From: Paramecium tetraurelia
Lineage: Eukaryota
DNA length: 39,094 nucleotides
Direction: 5' to 3'
Assembly (NCBI GenBank): GCA_000165425.1
Contig: CT868396.1
Span: forward strand, 394,826 to 433,919
Made by a program: the position numbers and the translations under genes
The notes under the pieces: generated by a model
Told to the model about the DNA's origin: nothing
Seen by the model: only the letters and a program-made list of their open reading frames with translations
Databases searched by the model: none
In this document: positions 1 to 12,376 of the stretch, one piece after another
How the letters are laid out: the number at the start of each line of letters is the position of its first letter
How positions within the stretch are numbered: position 1 is the first letter of the stretch

Positions 1-411
1 AATCAGATAATTCTCGCCTCTTAAAAGTGATTTCTTTAACTCATAAAAATAAAGAACAGACCCAATGTCTGAATCATGAACTAAGATTAGAAAATGAGAA
101 ATTTTTGACCCTCGCGGTCAATTAAGATTTAAATGACTGGATTTTAATAATTAAAGCAATTCATCTAGTTTTCAAAGCAGTCATGTAAGAAACATCTCAA
201 ATAAGGGAATAAGAAGTTGAATACCAATGGTTAAGGATATATAAAGAATCTCAATTGGTTCTTATACATGGTGAGTCCTGGGTACTTGGAACTTATTTTC
301 ACAAAATGGAAATAATTTAAATGTCAATTGCCACTATTAAACAGTGAATGCAATTCAGACATGTAGAAATTTCTGGAGGATGTTTGTGATTAGGACATTA
401 TTTAATAATGA
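1..411 (+). CDS. Probable 3' end of an unknown gene entering from the left edge (frame uncertain)
   Basis: In table 6, frame 3 is open from 3 to TGA 345-347. Frame 1 is open from about 109 to TGA 409-411 (..SDMQKFLEDVCDQDIIQQ*), converging on the UBE2W stop. No motif recognised. Confidence 0.3.
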
Positions 412-454
412 TTAAGAATATTTCGTATTGAATTTATATATTTTTACAACAGCT

Positions 455-1052
455 TCAGCACTTTTCATCATGGTAACTCCAAAGAAAACTCTTTGGTCCT
501 CTTCCTGCGGCTCTCTTTACAAACTCTGCATCATTGGGAGGTTTCATCTGATAATAATAACATTAATCCTCACTTTTTTTGTAGCACTTGACAACATGGA
601 TTGGATTGAGAGACACACAGATGATACAGTCAATGCAGCTGACCATTCTAAAATGAATATTCAACAAGTAAATACCATCAAATAATATTGATAAACAAAT
701 GAATCCATTTGAATAGATATGTTCATGCTCAGGTGGCTTACCAATAAAGATGACCTAATTCTAATTATTATAATACTTCAGGTGATTCAATTGGCTAATT
801 TCAAAAAAAAAGAGCTAAATAAGAATAAGTACTTCTACATATTCATTTGAGAATTTGAACTGCAATCTAAAATATCAATATCAATGCTTACTCGAATTTC
901 TCCCCTTGATAAAGAGTCCCTTTTGCACCTTCAAATGCAACAATCCAATGTTTGATATCATTATTGGGCATCCTTACATTGAATTAATCAGTATATGATT
1001 TTTGCATCTGCTCTAAGTCTTTTTAGAGTCTCTTGGCCATTCTGGTTTACAT
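455..1052 (-). CDS. UBE2W: Ubiquitin-conjugating enzyme E2, UBE2W type (5 introns)
   Basis: Spliced translation MQTRMAKRLQKDLEQM..GAKGTLYQGEKFELQFKFSNEYPIESPEVIFIGKPPEHEHIYSNGFICLSILFDEWSAALTVSSVCLSIQSMLSS..WSYHDEKC*. It has the HxHIYSNGxICLSIL active-site motif and the C-terminal WxYHD typical of UBE2W. Introns are GT..AG. Confidence 0.92.
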
Positions 1053-1925
1053 TTTTCTTTTAAAATAATTATAATTTTTCTTAATAATAATGCTTTAGAT
1101 TAATAACAGAAAACCAAGAACATATGCAATGTTTGATTAGTTTATCCCATAATACTAAACACTAAAAATTCTCAGAACTTAGTTTAAATTTCTATTTATG
1201 AGATATAAAATTTGATTAATTTATAATTTACAATATAGATGGAAGATTGCATTTAATAATATATTTAGCAATACTTTACGAAACTTCATTCTCTAAATAC
1301 AAAATTTGATTATCAGGAGTGAATTATGCGAAAGGCATCAACATCTCTTATTTGTTGCTCCAACAATATATTTAAAAAAAAGTCTTTTTAATTTTTTTGG
1401 CTTAAAACGTCATTCAAAAATTGGAAAACTGAAATATGATTTTGTGGCAGAATAAATTATATGAGTAGGTTATGTGATTAGTTTTGTTTTAAAGTAATAT
1501 AATTTGATTAAAACCATAAGAATAAAATTTGTGAATAAAAATGGGATTTATTTTTGAAATTACTTAAAGAAGCAGTCCAACCTAATTGAATAATTCAAAA
1601 AGTCAAGGATTTTTAATGGTTTGATTAATTTTATAATTAATTATTTATTAGATGATTAATTAATCAAACAATGAATAATCGTCTAAAAATATCAGTAATT
1701 TAATTTAAATAAATGAAGTATATTCAGTAACTAATTCGCATTTTCTCGTTCGAAATTCATTTTAAACTTTATTAAATAGCTCCACCAAGCCATGTAATTA
1801 CATCATTCAGCTTGATTTAAGGATGGATAAATTTAATTAATGAATATTATGTATAATACGGCATTTTAAATAGCATATCTTTTTTTTGTTTCTAATTATA
1901 ATATTTCGAATTAAAATACAACTAA

Positions 1926-2893
1926 ATGTATAGCTTTTTGACCAACTAACTCATCTTTGATCTCTAACTCACCTAATAAAACAACTATTGGAATATGTAT
2001 TAGAATATGCAGCAAATTTATTATCCTTATGTCTATGGCTATCCTTATGTTAATCAACCTTAAATTTACCATTAACTATAAGAGTAATTTCCTGTCTAAC
2101 CGGAACAAGGTAACAAAAGCTACAATAATTTAGCGTAATTGAAAGAAGACGCTAGTACATGCTAAGGTACAAGAAGATCTCTTTTAGAGATGAAAGATGT
2201 TGTGCCTGTTGTATCAAGTGAAACACTGGAGAAATACATACTATTGATTGTCAATGAAGATGATGCTGTGAATCAAATAATTTCTTCGTTAAAAAACAGT
2301 GGCTAATTTTCTTTGTCGAATGTCCTCGAGATTCTTTCCCAGAAGCAGAAGCAATAACATAAAAGTAGGGAAGAACTTATAAAGTTTTGCCTGAGAAAGG
2401 CCTTTAAGTTCATCTTCAGAAAGGTACAGGAGGAAAATGACAAATCAAGTAATTTATTAAACTTAATTTGTTAGAGACAAATTTGAAATCAGCTTAGAAA
2501 ATATTCATCGAAGTAATCGAATAAGAAACAAAGAAGTCCATAATTTTGCCATTCAGGAAAAATAGCAAGAATAAAACCATGAATACAGATTTCCTAAAAG
2601 AAATATTTTCTTCCCCAACATTTGTTCGATATTACGAGCAATATTTAAGTATCAATTAGATCTAACATCATAGGTTGCTTAGATGAACAGATTCAAAAAG
2701 ACACCAGAAAAAAAATTGCTGCTTTATGCAATAAAATCTAGAATAAAATTTCAGACGATAAAATTGTATAAATATATTTTGAATCTAGTTTTCTTTCGAA
2801 GTTAAAAGACTGCCTTGGACTCTTTCCAACATCGAAAAAGTTAAACTAACTGCCAAAGAAATGTTATTATATTCTAAAAATCAGTATAATTGA
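1926..2893 (+). CDS. Hypothetical protein, ciliate-type family (Y/P/Q-rich N-terminus; LPFRKNSKNKTMN and KRLPW motifs), 4 introns
   Basis: Open from ATG 1926 to TGA 2891-2893 after removing four 23-26 nt GT..TAG introns. Start codon is less certain than the body. Confidence 0.8.
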
Positions 2894-3195
2894 GATTACA
2901 ATATTTATTCCTATTTAAAAAATCATAATCTATCTCATTCCCATTTCCTTAATCTTAATCGAATTTTTTTATAAATTATGAAAAAATCAGTAATAATTCT
3001 TATGATAAACAAAAAGATTACAAAAAACTTAATAAATTTTAGAACTTTTACATGAACTTATTTACACTTATTGATGTTGTGAGATAATTTGTGAAATACC
3101 CCCCAAAACGCTAATTATATTTATTCTGATTAAATTTACGATTAATAATATTGATTATATTAAATTATTTTAATTAGGATTAAACCAATTAAAAC

Positions 3196-4210
3196 TCAAT
3201 AAAGGAGAATCAGAATCATTAATAAATTATATTCTTCTTAAATGCCTTGCTTTAGGTCGAACTGTATTCCTCATAACAATGCGAATCAGCTTTTTCCAAA
3301 TTCAATTCACATTCAAATTTTTATTAGTTCCATCTGCACTACTCTTTCTTTATATTGCACATAGTAGGATTGCTCAGCAATTAGCATCTAAATAATATTA
3401 TCACAATCTTACTCAATATTTTTACATTAATTCATTTTCCAATAACATTAGCCTTAATTTTTTACACAAGAGTCATAAGTAAGATAATCTGAGCATTTGG
3501 AACATGCACTAATATTTCAATATTTTGATATACTTATTTCTCCAAATACATTGAACCCCATTAACAAATTTGCAATCAGCCATTTTTAATTTATGTTTGC
3601 AATCTTCTATTAAACACTATAAATTTATCTCATCAGGCACTACTCTCTTAGATTAATCAACAACCTTCCCATCAACAAGTGCTGCACATCTACCAATAAT
3701 TATAAGGGATACTTATATTGTAATCTAGACTTTATGCACCCACTTATAGTTTTGAAATCTTCACATTTTGTAACTTCAACGCACTCATCATTTTACCAAT
3801 CACATGATACATCAGCATATGGTCCACATGAAATACGGTTATTAAAATATTAACATCTATCTTAATTAAATGTTGGTTTACGTAAAATCAATGCATTTTC
3901 CATCAGTATTCTCTGACTCACTTATTTCTGAGTAAAATGAATGTCCAACTTCGAATCCATCCCACATACATTTATAAGCTTAATGTTTGCATGAGTATTC
4001 ATTATAGTATTAATCGCAAGGAATTTGTGTATGAGGTATGTTTTCACAACCAGAAGTGGTCTAACTCAATTAACAAATGTTATTAAAATTGTAATCTTTA
4101 ACAGTTGTACAGAGATCTACATCAAGGATTGATGCACAAGTGAGAGGAATAGAAACACAGGCTTTAGTCTAAATGTATAAAGTTGATGTAAGTAAAGTAT
4201 AAAATATCAT
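3196..4210 (-). CDS. Cysteine-rich secreted/surface protein (mini-antigen-like, periodic CxW repeats)
   Basis: Signal-peptide-like start MIFYTLLTSTLYIQTKA and regularly spaced Cys with CMW, CDW, CIW, CYW, CRW. Four 25-nt GTA..TAG introns. Stop is either 3216-3218 (direct frame) or 3196-3198 (hydrophobic tail in another frame). Confidence 0.8.
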
Positions 4211-5875
4211 ATATTTAGGTTTATAAACAGAATCTACAGTCAAATATAAAGCAAAAATTGAGTCATAGAGATATATATTGTCTATTGTGTGTAATAGGCA
4301 AGATGAATGTATATTTAGGCAAGTATTCATTGTAAAAAGATGAGGGTTGTTTTCTTGGATATGTTAAAATACTAGTTGAGAGACTAATAACACGAATTTA
4401 GAGTTGATTTTTGCTATACGATAGTTGTATTTGAGATCAACCATCTGATAGATTGTTGTAAGGAATATCAAATTTAAACTGATCAATCTTGGTTCAGAAT
4501 ACTTTAAGAATAGGAATATTTGATCTATATCAATCATTAAATAATAAACAACATCATTTGAATATCAAAATTTAGATTTAAGAAAGTTTCATTCGTCCTT
4601 TTCTAAGACAACATATTGTTAATATTTATACACACTAATAATAATATAATAGGAGACTTCGCCAAATGTAGAAATACTGATCCATGCTTATTACTCCTTT
4701 ATTTCAATGAACAATCAAGCAAATTTTAATTTGAATAATAATACAGTTATATATGGATTATAAAAATGAAAGGGTAAAATTATTAATATTTATGCTACCT
4801 CTCCCAAATTTAATTATTCTTAATTTAATTATTGGTTTAAATTCAAGATCTAATCAATTTGAATACTCTCAATCTAAACCATAAATGTTCAATCTTTCTC
4901 TAGATTATGATATTTTAATTTCATACTTCATTATTTATTCGTTTAATGGTCATTTTAGCCATTCCACTTATATAAAATCTATGAATCTATCTTTATCATA
5001 TATATAGAAATGATTTGTTCTTAATCTATTTCTGTATTATTACCCAGACGAATCTCTCAAGGAATGGCTAATATTACATTTATTATTTTTAGATTTGAAA
5101 TTATTCTCAACATAGTCAAGCATAAGTTTCTTTTTGGATAAACTTTTGAATAATTCATTTTATATATAATCTGAACGATAAAGTAAGTATGATAAACTTA
5201 TTAGAATCAGTTAGATATTTGATCATATGAGATTATATATCAAATTTAATGTTTTATTTTTGAATGAGCTACTCAATCTTTAGGTGATTCAGGGAAGCTT
5301 TATATCGATTTAGAAATAGTTCTGGAGGTTCAAGTGGATAAAAGTACTTGAATTGAAATTCTGATGATAAAACTTTAACTAGCTGACTTCTGGTATTTTA
5401 AGATTTGCTTATAATGTCTCAATAAGATATCATTTAGAGTGAGATATATTCATTAGACGTGATATTTTATTCCAAATTACGATGTCTTTTAACTGCTTAA
5501 GTTTCAATTCGTTTGAATTATAGTATAAAAATTAATTGTATACAGTTACAAATTAAGGGCTTATTTTGGTAAAGCATAAATGTGTATTATAGAATTTTCT
5601 TCGAGTGAAAAAATCAAAGGATGATAATTTGGAGAGACAAAGAGCAATGAAGATTTTTGATTTTCCATTTTAAGGGGATATAAAAAATATATTAATTAAA
5701 TAACTAAAAGAAACACTAAATAAGGGGATTTTTAAAAAAAATTAAAAAAGATACGACACTCACTTAAATTGTAAATACCATAAAGTTAAAAAGTTAAATT
5801 AAGCATGGGGGAGGTGTATTGGGAATGACGAATCTTTTTAGTTAAAGATCAAAATTTAAATATCAAATAAGCAGA

Positions 5876-8203
5876 ATGTCTGGACAACCTCCTTTCAAGT
5901 AAAGAAGCATTCTAATATTTAGTTTTCTAAACATGTCGAATTTTAACATGTTGAATCCCCAAAATACTTAAATATCTTAAGCATATGAGAAGGCAATTAA
6001 AGATGCTGTGAACAGTGTGCATTTATAAAAATTAGGAAAAAAACAACTATAATAAATTGCAAAAGAACTGAATATACCTGAAAAAAAAAAAAAAGAAGAA
6101 ATTATTGCCTAAATTCCAAAACAACTCCTACAATATTTGATATAAGTAGATCCTTCTAGACCAGTTGAATAACTTCTTCAACACCAACCAAACCTCCAAA
6201 ACAATGAAAGCATTATGGCCATCTTAAAGAAATTTTAAGGAAGCATAATAAATAAAACATAATCATTCCAACAATAGCCTCAAATGCAGCGTGCCATCCC
6301 ACAATTACTCCAAAACCCTTACCTGAATTATGTATTGAATTCATTTACATTTAAGATGGTACTCCCATAAGCACAATAAACATAATAATAAATGTTACCA
6401 TAATACCCTCAACTAATGAATATCAATCTCTATCAATAGCATTTAAGATAAAACCCTCCATAGCAATTTTTCTATCAATATAACAGTATGAATTCTAAAT
6501 TATTTAGATTAATGGAATGATCCCCTTCCTCAGACAGAAATGTAATAACTCCTCATGTGTCCATGTAAGTAAGAAAATTCTTATTATTCAAAGAATCATT
6601 CCCGCCAAAAGAATTACAAATGAGGAAGTTAAATGCATTAATTGTGACAATAAACTACATATTTCTTGTCTCAAATTGTAGCCCAATGATGTCAAGATGT
6701 TTGAGTGTCCTGTTTGCATACTCAGTAAAATCGACCCACTCAATCAAATTATTAAAGTTCTTGCCAAACCGACATTGATGAATACTACTTAAAGTACACT
6801 CAATTTTATGCTTACAACAGAAGAATATCAGTAATATTTCAACCTATATAAACATAGTCAATTATAAGATCGCTCATTTTAATACTAAGTCGAATTGAGA
6901 TCAATAAGATTAGATGCCAAATACATTAATGAAATTACGTGGCCCGATTTCTGTGAGATCTCTATCAACCAATAACGTGTTTCTGAATTTAAACCACTCA
7001 AATCCAACAGCAGTCTTAAAAAGAGAAAGGATGAAATTCAAATCATTCCTTTATAGCAAAACAATTTAGCTTTCTCCATCAAATCAGGCTACAACCAGAT
7101 CATCATCAAAGAAGTCCAAAATTGTTAGGAGCCAAAAACATAATTTAAATTATGCGAAGAGTACAACCATATTCTTATTCTTAGCGGTGTCTATGCATAA
7201 GCCATTTACTTGACTAAGAAGAGACCTCATTAGGAGTTGATCAATCAAATTAAACAAAATAAAGAGTGCATCAAAACTAAAGAAGAGTGTATTCAACTCA
7301 TACAAAAAGCATGCATAGCAGAAAAAACAGATAATGATGTTCAAATTGATAAAATTACAATCAAAGTCTCCCTGAAGTGTCAATTTGACTATTAAATGAT
7401 TTAAGTAAAAATGCTTCACATCATTAGACTCCTGCTCGAGGAAGGTTTTGTACCCATGTATAATGTTTCTCTCTTGAAAATACTATTACAATTAACGCAG
7501 GTACATCAAGAAAATGGAAGTGTCCAGTTTGCAAGAAAAAAATATTTGAAATAATAATTGACTCGTATTAATTTCAATTGCTGGATTAATACAGAAACAA
7601 CAAAGAGAACATCAAGGAGGTGGTTTTTGATTAAAATGTAATAAATTCACTTTAATTTTAGGGTGAAATTGTGTAAGAGATTAAGGAAGAATTTGAAGAA
7701 TCAGAAGAAGAATAAATTAGCGCCAATAAATAAAATCAATTAGAAGAATAATAAAAACAGCCTCTTTTGTAAAAACCTGATCCATCATTTCTCTCCAGAC
7801 TTATGCTATTTAATCCTGCAGCCACTTTTATGTAAATTCAACTTTGCAAAAAATAAATTGATTAAATTAATGTCTTACAATAACAACAACAACAACTATC
7901 ATAACAATAAATTCAGTAAAAAGAGAAAAATGAGAATGTCAATTCTTCTTAAAATAAAGCATAATTAAAGTAATTTGTTGAGTCTAATCTATCTAATATA
8001 GAAGGAAAATAAAATTCATTACAATCTCAACTATCTTAATAAACTATTACTAAACCTAAATTCATTAAATTTAAAAAATTCGAAACTTGGTTAGATGAGG
8101 TATCCCAGTAAGAAATTGCATAAAAGAATTTAGAAAAATAAATCAACGATTAATTAAATGAAGAATAAAATTTAGAATAAAAGTAGTCATAGCAATAATA
8201 AGA

Positions 8204-8252
<49 letters not shown>

Positions 8253-8885
8253 TAAGCTTTACATTAAGAAAATGATAAACCAATCCAAAAATCTAATAGA
8301 TTAAAAGAAAGAATGGTTAGAGTAATCAAAAAATAATTTTCTGAATTTATTAGAAAAAACTTTGCTAATAATATGAATGCTACCAATGAAAATAATCCCA
8401 AAAATCCTTAATAAACATAATAATAATAACTACATTAGAGTGCCACCAAGAAATATATTTACAAACTTTCTGAAGAGAAGCCTAAAATAAATACTAGTTC
8501 TCAATTCACTAAAATGTTGGCTGATCAGATTATAATGCAAAATCCTGGCCAAACTGAAAAACAACATGATGATTTGAAAACCTTTAGTGAAGAATAATTA
8601 AAATCATTATAAGCTTTCCAAGGCAGCGTATTTCAACAATAACTATTAAATTCAAAATAACAGGATTAAAATATTTTAATATAAAAAGCATTAAGTAATC
8701 AAAATCCACCAATTATTGTACATTAATAACAATAATTATAACAATTATAACATTACCAATAATAATAAATTCTTTAATAAAAATTGAAAGAAAAACCTTT
8801 ATAAAAAATAAAATCTCCTTAACCTAGTAGTGGTCAAGAGGGTAAAAATGGAAAAGATATGGAAAATCCAATTTGTATAGATTGA
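5876..8885 (+). CDS. SIZ/PIAS-type SUMO E3 ligase (SAP-like, PHD-like, PINIT-like region, SP-RING/zf-MIZ, long Q-rich tail)
   Basis: [44 protein letters not shown] (about 7365-7540). PHD-like CINCDNKLHISC..FECPVC..DPL. SAP-like LQKLGKKQLQQIAKELNIPEKKKKEEII. Several tiny introns; ends ..DMENPICID* at TGA 8883-8885. Confidence 0.9.
8208..8255 (+). repeat. (TAA)14-CAA-TAA microsatellite encoding 16 Gln in the SIZ-type gene
   Basis: In-frame TAA run between GAT GAA and GCT TTA codons. Confidence 0.9.
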
Positions 8886-8929
8886 TCATAATACATTCTT
8901 TTTTTACAAAAATTAAATTGAATAAATAA

Positions 8930-10466
8930 TCAATAATAATTTCGATAAACATTTATTTCTCTACCTTGTTTCAATCCAAAAATTGATTACCATTATTGAT
9001 CATAAATTTATGTTTGTTTGTCTGGGTATGTAGAGTATATATGAACATAAAATATTAATACAATAATCTGAAATTTATTAAAATAAATACTTTGCATAAT
9101 AAAAGCAATCCACTTAGTATCACCTAATATTTTTATATTCCATATTCCAAATGATCATAATGTGGATTAAACTCTCCTAAGTAAGGCTAATATTAAATCA
9201 AATAAATACAGTGCTATAAATAGCCAACCAGACAATGTCTTGGATCAAGGCAACAATTAGCATAGCCATTATTATTTTAATATGCAGTAAAGATTGCAAT
9301 CTAAAGTTTTTTTAATAAAATAGAAAGCAGTAAAATATTACAATGTACTTTTATAAATCTTAAACTTACATCCAGATAGATAGTTCGGTAGATACTATTA
9401 AGTAGGCCAATAATTAAATAGAGAATCGTTAACAACAAAGAGATTTAAACAAGCCTATCTATTTATCTTTCATCAATGGATTAAGCTCCATTTTAAGATT
9501 GATATAGTAACTATTATTATTAATTTGGTTATGATTAATAGGTTGAAATACCTACATTAGGAACTTTTAATTCCTGTCTAAAAGGTTAGGCAATAATTTC
9601 CAAATCTATAACATGATCATTCAATTCCTACTCCAATAGATTGATTTGGACTGTATTCTCATTGATTAAATCAATCAAGTATTTATTCTAGATTTTTAAT
9701 AGCAATTAGTACTTTTGAATGAATCCACTAAACTTTTATATGCAATTTAGCTCTAATAACAGAGTTACTTTCATCTGTAAGATTGACATGGATGTCATGA
9801 AGCATTTAATCATTAAATGTATTAATATCAAGGTAGGCAACTCCGCCTAGACCTCTTTTTTGTAGTAATTCAGTATCTAATAAGATGAATTTTAAGATTG
9901 CAGATTCATTTGCGTTGCTAAATATTTTAGATTAAATACAATTCAAAGCATTCATTCCATTAAGGTTTTTATCTACCGGATAATTCTAATAATTTATTTA
10001 ATAATTACATGTATATACTACGGTTGTCATGCACTCTACACTCACTTACAATTATCCACTCCCTTGATAAAAAATCTCAGCATCAAGAATTTCGATATTT
10101 AATTTATTGGTATTAGTGAGACTGCTAGTTTGAGATTATCTTAATTTGTCTTGATATGCTCTAAGTTCGCTTTTGAAAATTCAAATCTAAAATTTACATA
10201 TTTCTTTGATCTATAATTTGTTAGCCTTTATTTATCTTATCGTTTAAGACTTCATAAGCTTTCTTCATCACATAAATCAGTTAGTTAATTGTACACTGCT
10301 ATTGTGATTAAGCTCCTGGTATTTAATCAATTAACTATTGAAATACATCACGATCAAAATATCCATTCTAACATTTTGAATCCAAGAATGCTAATAAATC
10401 TCTCAATTTGAATTATTGATTATGTTATTGGGAAAATTCGTTGAATACATCTGTGAATGAATTCAT
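8930..10466 (-). CDS. C2-domain membrane protein (helical N-terminus, C2, coiled coil, about 4 C-terminal TM segments)
   Basis: LNIEILDAEI..KPQWNECFEF..LKFILLD..GGVAYLDINTFNDQMLHD..KLHIKVQWIHSK gives a C2 pattern. Hydrophobic ISLLLTILYLIIGLL, IIMAMLIVALIQDIVWLAIYS and VILSGLLLLCKIIVLIFYV. Multiple tiny introns; TGA 8930-8932. Confidence 0.82.
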
Positions 10467-10499
10467 TTAATTATATAACAATAGATTAATATATATATT

Positions 10500-11678
10500 T
10501 CATAATTTCTAAATCTACATAAATAATTATCGCAATTCATCAAGTTCTTTTATTTTGAAGGTCTTCTTGCCTTTTAACTAATCAAAACATTATTAAACCA
10601 AGTTATAACTTGAGCAATCATCGTAATATTAAATAATTTTAGAATGCTTGCACCAAGTCTTAATTTGTTTGATTAATTTTTCAATATCGATAATATTATT
10701 TTGAGATTTTACAATTTATCCTAATTCTGAATTCGATTCAAGATATGTCAAAGGTTTTGTTTATTGTTTTTCATACTCAATTATGTTCTTATTTTCATTT
10801 ATTGTATTATAAATAAAGTCAATTCCTATTAGTTTGATTTATTGCAATGATTGGTTCAATATTTGATATTCTTCAGCTATAAATTATTTGACAGTAGATG
10901 CTCGTTGTTCGATTTTTTATAAATTCTATAATGTGAATGCATGTTATATTAATTCCTGTTGTTGAGACTTATCAATCAATTACTACTTTTCTCTCAACAA
11001 CAATTGATACTTTTACTTAAGCATTTACTTAATATTAATAAGTCTATCTTATAATTGATTCTAAATGATGGGACCATCTATTTATAGTTTTTGATTAATT
11101 TGATTAATTTTCTTGATGTTCCCATAATCATATATCAATATATCATTATTGTAAATGGCTTCCTTCATATGTTTAATCTTCTCGCTTTGAACTTTCTATT
11201 TAATAAACAGTAAGATCTAAATCAACTCGATCCTCATCTTTTCATCATAGATTTTTTAGAGTTCCATGCATTCTTTATTAACTGGAGTGGTTTGTGCATT
11301 CTGCTTTGGTTTTTATAGTTTTTTCAAGATTTCAAACTCCTTAATCATATAGGTCCCTAGATTTTATAAACCTATTAAGCCCTAAACTAAGCAATTTTCC
11401 TCTAAACCATTTCTAAACAATTATTCCACATCATATAACTATTTCATTAAGTCTGAAAATTGACTAGCCAATCTCTTTTATTATTGAATGATGGTTTAGT
11501 ATGGATATTGTTTGTCATTAATGGAAATTGAATTCAAATTTTCACTTTTATTTTATATAAGACTTGGTTGTTAGAAATTTAATTATTTAAATTCTATTTA
11601 AGCCACCTTCTCAAAATTCGATCTGGACTTTGACTTAATGTTCTGCAACAATTCCTTAGCTCTTTCAATTGAATTCAT
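10500..11678 (-). CDS. Hypothetical helical/coiled-coil protein, intronless, 392 aa
   Basis: Uninterrupted table-6 ORF MNSIERAKELLQNIKSK..ELRQLFMQIQKL*, 1179 nt, Q/K/L/I-rich. Confidence 0.8.
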
Positions 11679-11883
11679 AAAAATAGATGTTAATAATTAA
11701 TAATTAATTTCTAATAACAGAAATTTAAATGCTTGAATCTGAAAATAAATTGAGAATAACTCAATATTGAGAATTTAAGATTCATAAATCCATCTGAAAC
11801 ATTATTTCATATAGGTTAGACGTCAAATAGTTATTAAATACATACTATAGAAATTATTATAAAATAATATAAAGATTAATTAA

Positions 11884-12361
11884 TCAATCATTTGCAAACA
11901 AACTTAAAAAATCTTGATCGAGAGTCGTCTAAAACGGAGCTTTGGGTTATGTGCTCCTAGTAGTGTTATTAGAGTTGCAAATAACATTGTATTTTGACTA
12001 CTATTGGTAATCTCTATTGTTTATGAATATTATTATACAAATGATCTTCTTCATTATCACATTCTAGTATATCACATTTTAAGTTTGAATTCAGATTTCC
12101 ATTTTAGCCATGCTTTTCTAAGATTCTATTACGTCTGCTTCCCTCTGATGTTTAAGGTCTTTGCATTTTTTATATTTCATCTTCATTCATGAATCTTTAA
12201 TTATGTTGAGTAATAGCTCTGGTGTGTTTGATAGAATTGTTTCTTGATTGGTATTCAGAAGAAAGGTCACAAGGATGTTCTTAACTTTTGCGTGTCTTTA
12301 AAATTGTCTGATTTATCTACGATAATCTTATAGCATTGAGTCCCTTCGGTTAATAAGACAT
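11884..12361 (-). CDS. Small hypothetical protein (about 150 aa, 1 intron)
   Basis: MSYQPKGLNAIRLSQ..QRPQTSEGSRR.., then a 25-nt intron gtataataatattcataaacaatag, ending KAPFQTTLDQDFLSLFAND*. Confidence 0.75.
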
Positions 12362-12376
12362 TAAATTATTTATATT

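Noticed and set aside
795..817. 20-nt TA-bounded segment in the UBE2W intron as a retained IES
   Set aside because: Shorter than the about 26-bp minimum for Paramecium IESs and lacks a convincing inverted end consensus.
3095..3112. CCCCCCAAAA as a telomeric remnant
   Set aside because: A single imperfect unit, not a C4A2/C3A3 array.
4211..4537. 109-codon in-frame upstream extension of the Cys-rich gene
   Set aside because: With TGA as the only stop, such open stretches are common. The ATG at 4210 directly begins a signal-peptide-like segment.
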